32,000 bases of DNA from Nitrosospira multiformis ATCC 25196 (GTDB taxonomy: Bacteria > Pseudomonadota > Gammaproteobacteria > Burkholderiales > Nitrosomonadaceae). Position 1 is the stretch's first letter. Every line of letters starts with the position of its first letter. The position numbers were made by a program, and so were the translations under genes. This document shows positions 10,827 through 19,132 of the stretch, piece by piece. The notes beneath the pieces are model-generated. The model was not told the origin of the DNA. It saw only the letters and a program-made list of their open reading frames with translations, and searched no databases. The DNA is taken from positions 2,850,001 through 2,882,000 of the forward strand of contig NC_007614.1 in assembly GCF_000196355.1 (NCBI RefSeq), written 5' to 3'.

Positions 10827-10854
10827 TTGCTTTTGTTGCGTGGCCGTCTATAAA
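10827..10854 (+). promoter_or_regulatory. Candidate sigma70 promoter for the Cys-rich ORF: TTGCTT-N16-TATAAA
   Basis: -35 TTGCTT is at 10827-10832 and -10 TATAAA is at 10849-10854, with a 16-nt spacer. The element lies about 38 nt upstream of the GGAGG/ATG of the Cys-rich ORF. Hexamer match only. Confidence 0.3.
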
Positions 10855-10891
10855 CCTATTCTCTGTCCCGCGTCCATACCTGCCTGGAGGA

Positions 10892-11377
10892 ATGATGAGC
10901 GCACCAAAGATACCAGGCTTTACCGCCGAACGTTCGGTTTACAGGACAAGAGCGAATTATCGGACAACAACGGGTCCCGGGATCAGGCGCCCGCATAAAA
11001 TAGATGCTGTAAGACTGCAAGCCTGCGATCTTGACTGTATCGATGAATGCCAGCAGGGTTGCGAGAGCCTTACGGGCAGAGAGCATGCTCAATGCATCCG
11101 GCTCTGCCGGATGAAATATGGCTGCCTCTCACAGCCGCCGGGGTACGGAAATCGCGAGTGCAACCCATCCAGCGGGTGGTCGCAGCGTTGCTGTCGCCCT
11201 GATGGCACAGCTTGCTCCCCGCGGCCGTGCACTCCACCGGGAGAGGGTTGCACTGTACGTGATGATCGCACCTGCCTTCCCTGGCCGCTTGACTCCATCT
11301 GCTGGGGGAGTTGCGAACGCACCTGCTGCCATTGGTCGGGTTGCGATCAATTGCTGTGCGGAGTATCGGAGGGCTGA
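10892..11377 (+). CDS. Hypothetical cysteine-rich small protein (161 aa, 20 Cys), no recognised family
   Basis: The track ORF 10745-11377 is trimmed here to the ATGATG at 10892/10895, which directly follows a GGAGG at 10886-10890. The sequence is MMSAPKIPGFTAERSVYRTRANY...ACDLDCIDECQQGCESL...QCIRLCRMKYGC...RCCRPDGTACSPRPCTPPGEGC...ICWGSCERTCCHWSGCDQLLC. It is the only long ORF with an RBS in the ~830-bp gap between the mraZ promoter and relA. No N-terminal signal peptide is evident. Whether it is truly coding is not certain. Confidence 0.5.
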   Translation: MMSAPKIPGFTAERSVYRTRANYRTTTGPGIRRPHKIDAVRLQACDLDCIDECQQGCESLTGREHAQCIRLCRMKYGCLSQPPGYGNRECNPSSGWSQRCCRPDGTACSPRPCTPPGEGCTVRDDRTCLPWPLDSICWGSCERTCCHWSGCDQLLCGVSEG

Positions 11378-11405
11378 CAGGACATTGCCGGAACTTGAAT
11401 TACGT

Positions 11406-13595
11406 TTATCTGCGCGTGGCCGATATGACGCCGGGGACGCCGGCTATCAGCCCGAGAACACGCTGCAATTGATCGACATTGCCAATCTTGATCACGAACT
11501 GCATGGTCGCATTCAGGTCGCCGCTATGGGCGCGGGTAGCGACTACATCAATTTTTTCGCGCGACAGAACACCCGAAATATCGCTCAGCAATCCTTGACG
11601 ATCCTGCGCCCGAATCTCCACCTCTACGGCGTAACTGGCATTTTTGGATAAATCCCATTGGGTACTGACGAGGCGCGCCCTGCCTTCTCCTGACAACCGG
11701 GCCACATTGGCGCAATTCGCCCTGTGGATGGTGATTCCCCGCCCACGGGTGACAAAACCAATGATGGGATCAGGGGGTACAGGCTTGCAGCACTTTGCCA
11801 GTACGGTGAGCAACTTGTCGACCCCGACGACGAGTATGTCTCCCTGCGGTTTCGAAGTGAGAGTCTGCTTTTTGATGACTGGCGTTTCGGGGCCGGGTAG
11901 ACCCGATTCTGTCTCCCCGCTCAAGAATGCCGATAGCTGGCGCGCATTGATATCACCCCTTGCAACGGCTGCAAGAAAGGAATCAAGTCTGGCAAATTTG
12001 AACTCCACTGCCAGCTTATCCAGGCTCATCGCAGTCATGCCATGGCGCTGCAGTTCCTTTTCCACCAAAGCCCGGGCTTGGGTGAGGGAAACAGTACGCA
12101 TTTCACTGCTGAACCATTGCCTCACTTTCGCCCGGGCGCGCTGGCTCCTGATATAACCCAATGCAGGGTTGAGCCAGTCGCGGCTGGGTCCCCCCTGCTT
12201 GGTCGAAATGATCTCCACTCTTTGCGCATTTTGCAGCGGGTAATCGAGGGGCACCATGACGCCATCCACCTTGGCACCGCGGCAACGGTGCCCCAGGTCG
12301 CTATGCACATGGTATGCAAAATCCACGGGAGTGGCTCCCTTGGGCAGCGCGATCACCTTTCCTTGCGGCGTCAGTACATAGACCGAATCTTCGAACAGTG
12401 CCACCTTGAAATGCTCAGCCAGTTCTCCCGCATCCTCGACATCATTCTTCCACTCCAGTATCTGCCTTAACCAGGCGATCTTTTCCTCATACCGCGCGTC
12501 CCGCTTTGCACCTTCCTTGTAGCGCCAATGCGCGGCGACACCCATCTCTGAATGACGGTGCATCTCATGGGTCCGGATCTGTACTTCGACCACTTTGTCT
12601 TCCGGACCGATTACTGCAGTATGCAACGACCGGTAGTCATTGCCTTTCGGCTTGGCAATATAGTCGTCGAACTCCTTGGGAATCGGCATCCAGAGGTTGT
12701 GCACCAATCCCAATGCCGCGTAGCAATCCTTGACTTCGTCCACGAGAATGCGAACGGCCCGGGTATCCTGGATTTCCTTGAAATCCACACCCTTGCGTTT
12801 CATTTTTCTGTAAATGCTGTAAATGTGCTTGGGGCGTCCTGTAATTTGAGCCTTGATCCCCGCGTGACCCAGTTCGTTTTGTAACCTGTCAACCACCAAC
12901 GCGATATATTGTTCCCTGCTGCGGCGAGTCTCCTCCAGCAACGTGGCGATTTTTTTATAACGTTCGGGCTCGGTGATCCGAAACGATAGATCCTCCAGTT
13001 CCCACTTCACTTGCCATAACCCCAGGCGATTGGCGAGAGGCGCGAAAATATTCAAAGTGACCTCAGCGGCCTCCCATCTTCCGGCAACGTTGCGGGCAGC
13101 AACGTAGCGCATCGTCTGCAACCGGTCGGCCAGGGCGATGATCACCACGCGGATGTCTTCCGCCATTGCGAGCAGCATCTTCCTCAATGCTTCAATCTGA
13201 GCACTGCCATTCCCGATATTGTCTGTGCTGTTTGCAGATCGCAGCACCTGGATTCGGCCGACGCGCCTCACACCTTCCACGAGATGAGCGACTATTGGAC
13301 CAAAAGCGGTTGCCAATTCTTCTTCATACCCCTCCAGATACTCCGGAACTGCATGAAGCACTCCTGCTGCCAGTGTATCGCTGTCCACGCGCAGTCCCGC
13401 GAGAATCGCCGCGAGTCCATCTACATGCGAAGAGAGCAATTCACCGTTAGGCAGGCTTTTATCCATATACAGGGGTTCACAAAAAACCTGTGCCTCCCGG
13501 AGCAGATCGATTTCTGTCGGGGAGAAGATCGAACCCGGGGAATGGAGCCGGAAAGGTCCGTCCCCTTTTCCGGAAATGAGGGAGGGAGCGCTCAT
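11406..13595 (-). CDS. relA: GTP pyrophosphokinase, RelA-type long RSH ((p)ppGpp synthetase with degenerate hydrolase domain)
   Basis: 729 aa. Synthetase motifs are present (DYIAKPKGNDYRSLHTAV, EVQIRTHEMH), as are a TGS region (VYVLTPQGKVIALPKGATPVDFAYHVHSDLG) and a C-terminal ACT-like domain. The position of the SpoT HD motif reads LHAVPEY instead of LHDxxEDT. Confidence 0.9.
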   Translation of the reverse strand: MSAPSLISGKGDGPFRLHSPGSIFSPTEIDLLREAQVFCEPLYMDKSLPNGELLSSHVDGLAAILAGLRVDSDTLAAGVLHAVPEYLEGYEEELATAFGPIVAHLVEGVRRVGRIQVLRSANSTDNIGNGSAQIEALRKMLLAMAEDIRVVIIALADRLQTMRYVAARNVAGRWEAAEVTLNIFAPLANRLGLWQVKWELEDLSFRITEPERYKKIATLLEETRRSREQYIALVVDRLQNELGHAGIKAQITGRPKHIYSIYRKMKRKGVDFKEIQDTRAVRILVDEVKDCYAALGLVHNLWMPIPKEFDDYIAKPKGNDYRSLHTAVIGPEDKVVEVQIRTHEMHRHSEMGVAAHWRYKEGAKRDARYEEKIAWLRQILEWKNDVEDAGELAEHFKVALFEDSVYVLTPQGKVIALPKGATPVDFAYHVHSDLGHRCRGAKVDGVMVPLDYPLQNAQRVEIISTKQGGPSRDWLNPALGYIRSQRARAKVRQWFSSEMRTVSLTQARALVEKELQRHGMTAMSLDKLAVEFKFARLDSFLAAVARGDINARQLSAFLSGETESGLPGPETPVIKKQTLTSKPQGDILVVGVDKLLTVLAKCCKPVPPDPIIGFVTRGRGITIHRANCANVARLSGEGRARLVSTQWDLSKNASYAVEVEIRAQDRQGLLSDISGVLSREKIDVVATRAHSGDLNATMQFVIKIGNVDQLQRVLGLIAGVPGVISATRR

Positions 13596-13681
13596 GGAAC
13601 GGGTGTAGTGAGTATTGGAACGGCCTTTTTCAATTGAGCCCCCATGTTACTCATGTCCTTTCATAATTGCTTTATTTCCGG

Positions 13682-16081
13682 TTAAAGCGTTGCTGAATCG
13701 TGCCAATAACGCATCCGCCGAACGCGCCACCGCTCCACGGCAAGGTCGTTACCGCCAAAGCGCAGCAATATGGCACCATCGATATCGCTGCGCAACAATC
13801 TGCTTCCCACCGCTCGATACCGCTCCGCAACTTCCTCTTTTGGATGGCCAAAACGGTTGCGATAACCTACGGTAAATACTACCCACCGCGGATTCACCTT
13901 CCGCACGAACTCCTCGGTGGAAGAAGTTTTGCTGCCATGATGAGGAGCGATCAATACCGTTGAGGAAAGCGCCTCCCCATAACGCTTGAGCAATTGATAT
14001 TCGGATTTTTTCTCGATATCCCCCGGCAGAAGCACGCTTCCGTGCCATGTGGTAATTTTCAACACGCAACTCAAGGCGTTACTCTTGAGGCGAAGATCAT
14101 TGTAGCTCTCTTCCAGGGGATGAAGCATGTCGAAGCGAACGCCATCCCATTCCCACGACTGCCCCGCCTTGCACCGGCGCTTGTTGAGAGCAGCCTGTTG
14201 TATGGGATGATCCTCGCCCAACGACGAGACGAGCCATTCGACGGGTACTGCTTGCAGCACGGACAACCCTCCGCCGCTATGATCCGAATCGGCGTGTGTG
14301 ACGATCATTGCATCGAGATGCCTTATCCCTTCCCCGCGGAGAAATGGAACGATGGTGCGGCTGCCGCTATCGGCTTCGGACGTAAAGGCAGGGCCCGTAT
14401 CGTAGAGCAGCGTGTGATTTTCCGTACGCGCCAGGACCGCCAGTCCCTGCCCAACATCCAGCACGGTCAGCCACAACTCTCCCTGCTCCGGTTTTGGGAG
14501 AGGCAGCAGAAACAGCGGCAGCAACGCGACGAGACCAAGCCAACGAGCAGGGAAACCGGTACCAAGGCCGAGCTGCCAACCCCATTTCCCAGGCAACAGC
14601 GTCCAGAAAATGCCCGCCGTCCCCACGGCTACTGCCCAGAAAGGCGGCGCCTGCTGGCTCCAGACGGCCTGAGGCGCATTGCTCAGCCATTCCATTACGG
14701 TCATGCAACCATCCAGCGCTGCATGTGCCGGTACCAACAGAAAATCGAGGGGCGGCAGGGTTGCGAGCAGGGCCAGCGGCACCACGACAAGACTCACCAG
14801 TGGAATCGCCACCGCATTGGCGATTGGGGAAACCAGCGATATTTGCTGAAACATCGCCAATAAAAGAGGTATCAGGCCCAGGGTTATGGCCCACTGCACC
14901 GTTGTCCAACTACTCAGCCAATGCGGCCTGCCAACGCGGCCGACAGATACCAGCATGATGACCGCGATGGCGCCAAAGGATAACCAGAAGCCGGGTGAAA
15001 GCACTGCCCATGGATCGAGAGCCACCACTGCAAGCAATGCCCAGGCCAGGACTGTGGTCATGGCAATGGAACGATCAAGCCATAGGGTAACGGCGACCGC
15101 GGTGAGCATATAGAGCGTGCGTTGTGCCGGAATCGCAAAACCGGCCAGCAGCGTATAACCGAGCGCGGCCACCAGCCCGGCTATGACTGCGGCTTTCCTG
15201 GCTGGCAACCGCAGCGTCAAATGATAGCTTCTGCGCCATAGCCAGTATGCCATCGTAAACACAAGCCCCGACAGCATGGTGATATGAAGGCCGGATATGC
15301 TGACGAGATGGTTTATCCCCGTCCGCGTGAATACCTGCCACTGCTCGTGTGGAATCGCCCGTTGATCCCCCACCGCCAGCGCAACGAGGGTACCGGCATA
15401 AGCCTGATAGGGCAGCGCGGCAAGGAAATTATCGCGGATATCCTGGCGCAGACGCTCGACCTGATAAGCGGGACGTCCCACCACTTTCTCCAGGCGTATA
15501 TTTTCGTCATCCTTGCGCACATAGCCTGTGGCCCCAATGTTGCGCTCCAGCGCCCACTGCTCGAAATCGGAAGCATGCGGATTGGCGGTTCCATGGGGGC
15601 GCTTGAGCCGTGCAGTAAGCCGCCAGCGTTCCCCGGCATTGAGGGGAGGTGTTGAAGGTCCTGGCATAAAGCCGCTTCCGCGCTCCTTATACCAGGAAAG
15701 AGAAAGACGGGCAGGCACGATTGCACCTTCCGTCAACACCTGCTCAACATCGAAAGTAAAGCGCACACTGGTCCTGCCGGTTTGCGGCAACTCCGCAACC
15801 ACGCCAATTACCTGGATATCTCTCCCTTCCCACTCGGGCAGGAGCGCATCGTTCAAGCGCCATTGCGCAAAAGCAGTCGCCCAGTAAAAACCTGCTCCCA
15901 GGAAAAGGCAAACCCAAAGCATTTTGCCGATCCGAGCAAAAACAGGGGCACGGCAGGAAAGCAGCAGAATTCCACACGCCATGCCGGGGAAGAGAGCCCA
16001 CGCACCTGCAAGCGCTGGCAGCACTGGCTGCTGTTGCAGCAGCACCACCCCGGCAACAAATGCCAGAATACAAAGTCGCAT
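13682..16081 (-). CDS. comEC: DNA internalization-related competence protein ComEC/Rec2
   Basis: 799 aa. It has an N-terminal TM plus OB-like region, a central polytopic competence domain, and a C-terminal metallo-beta-lactamase domain (LTVLDVGQGLAVL, THADSDHSGG, IAPHHGS). Confidence 0.9.
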   Translation of the reverse strand: MRLCILAFVAGVVLLQQQPVLPALAGAWALFPGMACGILLLSCRAPVFARIGKMLWVCLFLGAGFYWATAFAQWRLNDALLPEWEGRDIQVIGVVAELPQTGRTSVRFTFDVEQVLTEGAIVPARLSLSWYKERGSGFMPGPSTPPLNAGERWRLTARLKRPHGTANPHASDFEQWALERNIGATGYVRKDDENIRLEKVVGRPAYQVERLRQDIRDNFLAALPYQAYAGTLVALAVGDQRAIPHEQWQVFTRTGINHLVSISGLHITMLSGLVFTMAYWLWRRSYHLTLRLPARKAAVIAGLVAALGYTLLAGFAIPAQRTLYMLTAVAVTLWLDRSIAMTTVLAWALLAVVALDPWAVLSPGFWLSFGAIAVIMLVSVGRVGRPHWLSSWTTVQWAITLGLIPLLLAMFQQISLVSPIANAVAIPLVSLVVVPLALLATLPPLDFLLVPAHAALDGCMTVMEWLSNAPQAVWSQQAPPFWAVAVGTAGIFWTLLPGKWGWQLGLGTGFPARWLGLVALLPLFLLPLPKPEQGELWLTVLDVGQGLAVLARTENHTLLYDTGPAFTSEADSGSRTIVPFLRGEGIRHLDAMIVTHADSDHSGGGLSVLQAVPVEWLVSSLGEDHPIQQAALNKRRCKAGQSWEWDGVRFDMLHPLEESYNDLRLKSNALSCVLKITTWHGSVLLPGDIEKKSEYQLLKRYGEALSSTVLIAPHHGSKTSSTEEFVRKVNPRWVVFTVGYRNRFGHPKEEVAERYRAVGSRLLRSDIDGAILLRFGGNDLAVERWRVRRMRYWHDSATL

Positions 16082-16346
16082 CAGCGATTTCCTGCCATCA
16101 GCAGAGCATACCGGCGGCCATGGTAGCCGGGATAAAAATCGTCGGAGAAGCCAGAGAAAACAGACAAGGCGGCTGACAGAGGCGCGTCCACAAATGCCTT
16201 TTTCATTGCACGCAGAATTTCATATGCCCATAGCTTCAGCTGAGCAAGTGGTGTATGTTTGTATCAAGGACCCTGTCGCTGGGTAAACTGGAGGATTTAT
16301 TGGAGTTCCCTAGCTCCTGTCCCTGTATATATTTCATGCCACCCCT

Positions 16347-16943
16347 GTGTTTCGAAAATTTTTCAAAAAATACCTGCCTTCCCACGAAACCATCCGGCGC
16401 AACCGGTTTGTTGCCCTTTTCGGCGAGCGACTGCAACACCACAATCTCTGGCATCTGCATCGGAGGTCGGTCGCTGGCGGCTTTGCCGTCGGATTGTTCA
16501 CCGGGCTCATCCCCGGCAGCAATCCCGTGCAATTCTTTTTTGCCGCGTTATTCGCCGTTGCCTTCAAGGTCAACCTTCCCGTAGCAGTCATAACGACGCT
16601 TTATTCCAATCCCTTTACCATCCTGCCGATCTATGTGGCTGCCTACGAAATCGGCACTTTTGTAACGGGAGGCACGTCGAACGGCATGCCCGAAGTGGGA
16701 TTGCATCTAATGGATAAAAGTATCGGCGAGTGGGGGCCTGCCCTGATCGAGTGGGTGGTATCACTCGGCAAGCCTTTGCTGGTCGGAATGTTTCTGCTGG
16801 CTTTATTACTTTCTTCAACAGGCTATTTTGCGGTGCGCGCGGGGTGGCGTTTGTTCGCGATTTATGAATGGCGCAAGCGCGCAAAGCGACGCAGACAAAA
16901 GAATGAGCAGAATATGGATGAAATGGATGGAGATAGCGGATAG
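16347..16943 (+). CDS. DUF2062-like membrane protein
   Basis: 198 aa with a GTG start. The N-terminus MFRKFFKKYLPSHETIRRNRFVALFGERLQHHNLWHLHRRSVAGGFAVGLFTGLIPG is followed by hydrophobic segments, a pattern I recognise as DUF2062. It is divergent from comEC. The family call is from memory and not verified. Confidence 0.7.
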   Translation: MFRKFFKKYLPSHETIRRNRFVALFGERLQHHNLWHLHRRSVAGGFAVGLFTGLIPGSNPVQFFFAALFAVAFKVNLPVAVITTLYSNPFTILPIYVAAYEIGTFVTGGTSNGMPEVGLHLMDKSIGEWGPALIEWVVSLGKPLLVGMFLLALLLSSTGYFAVRAGWRLFAIYEWRKRAKRRRQKNEQNMDEMDGDSG

Positions 16944-17052
16944 AACAAGTCTTTACCGCTATCGACCGATACCGGAATGAAGCCTGATAGAGCTGTGGAC
17001 CCTCCTGGAAGCTGCCGGACAGGAGCAATCAACCCAACCCCGGTGCCTGGCC

Positions 17053-17730
17053 TCACACGGTCAGGAGGCCATCCTCCAGATGCAGGGTTCGGCCGGCCTT
17101 TCTGGCGAGATCGGGATCATGTGTGACAATGACAAGGCTCGCGCCAGCATCATGATTGAGCTCGAGCATCAGATCGAACACTTCTCCCGCGGTGCGCCGG
17201 TCGAGATTGCCCGTAGGTTCGTCCGCAAGCACGCAGGCTGGACGGGTCACCAATGCACGCGCCACGGCAGCCCGCTGCCGCTCGCCTCCCGAAAGCTCGC
17301 CAGGAGTGTGCGTCAGCCGATGTCCCAGACCCACCTGCTGCAGGACTTCGCGGGCGCTTTCGTAGGCCTTGGCCTTGGCCATACGACGGATCAGAAGCGG
17401 CATGGCCACGTTTTCCAACGCGGTAAACTCGGGCAGCAGATGATGGAACTGATAAACGAAACCGAGTGACCTGTTACGCAACTCGCATCTCTCTGCTTCA
17501 CCCATGCCAGCAATTTCATGGCTCAGGATGCGAATTTCCCCGCCGGTAGGAACATCGAGACCTCCGAGCAGGTGCAGTAGCGTGCTCTTTCCCGAGCCGG
17601 ACGCGCCGACGATGGCGACGGTATCTCCCTTTCCCACCTTCAGGTCTATTCCCATCAGGACCGGCACCTCGATCTGGCCTTGATAATAGCTCTTCCGCAG
17701 GTTGCGGCAGGAAATGATATTGTCACTCAT
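17053..17730 (-). CDS. lolD: Lipoprotein-releasing ABC transporter ATP-binding protein LolD
   Basis: 225 aa with Walker [10 protein letters not shown], signature LSGGERQR and Walker [12 protein letters not shown]. It overlaps the upstream LolC/E-type permease gene by 8 nt. Confidence 0.9.
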   Translation of the reverse strand: MSDNIISCRNLRKSYYQGQIEVPVLMGIDLKVGKGDTVAIVGASGSGKSTLLHLLGGLDVPTGGEIRILSHEIAGMGEAERCELRNRSLGFVYQFHHLLPEFTALENVAMPLLIRRMAKAKAYESAREVLQQVGLGHRLTHTPGELSGGERQRAAVARALVTRPACVLADEPTGNLDRRTAGEVFDLMLELNHDAGASLVIVTHDPDLARKAGRTLHLEDGLLTV

Positions 17731-18967
17731 ACCGCAGCGCCTCGGCCGGATTGATCTTTGAAGCGCGATAGCTCGGGTAGAGTGTTGCCAGCAGTGTCAA
17801 CACGAAGGAAACGATGGCGACGGCAATCACGTCATCGAACTGGAGGTCGGAGGGAATTTCGCTGATGACGTAGACTTCGCTGGACAGGAACTGCACGCTG
17901 AACAACCGCTCTATCATCGCAATGACCGCCTCCACATTGTAGGCAAGCAACACGCCGCCGATGACCCCCAATGCGGTACCGACCACCCCGATCCAGGTTC
18001 CCTGCACGATAAAGATTTTCATGATGCTGCGCGGACTCGCACCCAGGGTGCGCAATATCGCAATATCCGATTGCTTGTCCGTCACGGCCATCACCAATGT
18101 GGAGACAATATTGAACGCCGCCACTGCGATGATCAGTGCAAGAATGAGAGACAGCATGCGTTTCTCGATCTGTATGGCCCGAAAATAATTGGCGTGTTGG
18201 CGAGTCCAGTCGCTGATATAGACATCGCTGGAAATCAGCGGCACGAGCTCACGCGCGACTTGCGGCGCCTTGAAAAGATCATGCAACTTGAGGCGCACGC
18301 CTGATACCTGGTTTTCCATGCGATACAGCTTTTGTGCATCTGCCAGATGGATGAGCACGAGCCCGGAGTCGTATTCGAAATGGCCCGCTTCGAATATCCC
18401 GATAATCGTGAACTGCTTGAGGCGCGGAATGATCCCTGCAGGCGTCACCTGTCCCTGTGGCGAGATCAATACGATCCTGTCACCCGTAAAAACCCCCAGC
18501 GAGCGTGCCAGCTCGCGGCCGATGACTATACCGAACTCTCCCGGCGCCAGATTTTCCAGTCTGCCGTCTATCATCATCCGTCCGAGATCTGCCACGTGAT
18601 CCTCCATGCCAGGCAGGATGCCTCGCACGGCCACACCGCTCACGGCCTGATCGAACGACACCATCCCCTGTGCGCTGATGTAGGGTGCAGCGGCCTCCAC
18701 CTCGGGATGCCTGCGCGCTTCTTCGGCAACTTTTCGCCAATCCGTCAGCGTACCCTCCACGCCGCTCACCTGGATATGGGACGCGACACCGAGGATGCGC
18801 GAGCGGACTTCCTTCTGAAATCCGTTCATAACCGACATAACGGTAATGAGCGCTGTCATCCCAAGCGTAATACCGAGCAAGGAAATGAGGGAAATGAACG
18901 AGATGAAGTGATTGCGGCGCTTGGCGCGGGTGTAACGCAAACCGATGAAGAGTTCGTACGAGGACAC
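17723..18967 (-). CDS. lolC: Lipoprotein-releasing system transmembrane subunit, LolC/LolE family
   Basis: 414 aa with MacB/FtsX-type topology: TM1, a large periplasmic domain, then three C-terminal TMs. It has a typical LolC/E N-terminus ([32 protein letters not shown]) and is paired with lolD. Only one permease gene is present here. Confidence 0.9.
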   Translation of the reverse strand: MSSYELFIGLRYTRAKRRNHFISFISLISLLGITLGMTALITVMSVMNGFQKEVRSRILGVASHIQVSGVEGTLTDWRKVAEEARRHPEVEAAAPYISAQGMVSFDQAVSGVAVRGILPGMEDHVADLGRMMIDGRLENLAPGEFGIVIGRELARSLGVFTGDRIVLISPQGQVTPAGIIPRLKQFTIIGIFEAGHFEYDSGLVLIHLADAQKLYRMENQVSGVRLKLHDLFKAPQVARELVPLISSDVYISDWTRQHANYFRAIQIEKRMLSLILALIIAVAAFNIVSTLVMAVTDKQSDIAILRTLGASPRSIMKIFIVQGTWIGVVGTALGVIGGVLLAYNVEAVIAMIERLFSVQFLSSEVYVISEIPSDLQFDDVIAVAIVSFVLTLLATLYPSYRASKINPAEALRYE

Positions 18968-19132
18968 GGATCGATATAGCCTGATTAGGACGTAACTGCG
19001 AAGTTTGCCACATTCTGCTCAGGGTTAACAGGAGAGCTTGAGCATTGCGGTCAAAGACCCCACGCGCGCTCCCCTGCATGACGTCGCACCGTCCTGCGCC
19101 GGATCTGACCTCCTCCGAAACTGCTCTGCCTG

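Noticed and set aside
10745-10891. A 49-codon N-terminal extension of the Cys-rich ORF (MPVTTAGGRREKS...).
   Set aside because: The extension starts at a non-ATG codon with no RBS. The internal ATGATG directly follows GGAGG and lies downstream of a plausible promoter at 10827-10854, which sits inside the extension.
11118-11651. A 177-aa plus-strand ORF overlapping both the Cys-rich ORF and the relA 3' end, together with small minus-strand ORFs at 11089-11350.
   Set aside because: The ORF overlaps the well-supported relA C-terminus. Its translation is Ala/Arg/Gly-rich with no motif and it has no RBS.
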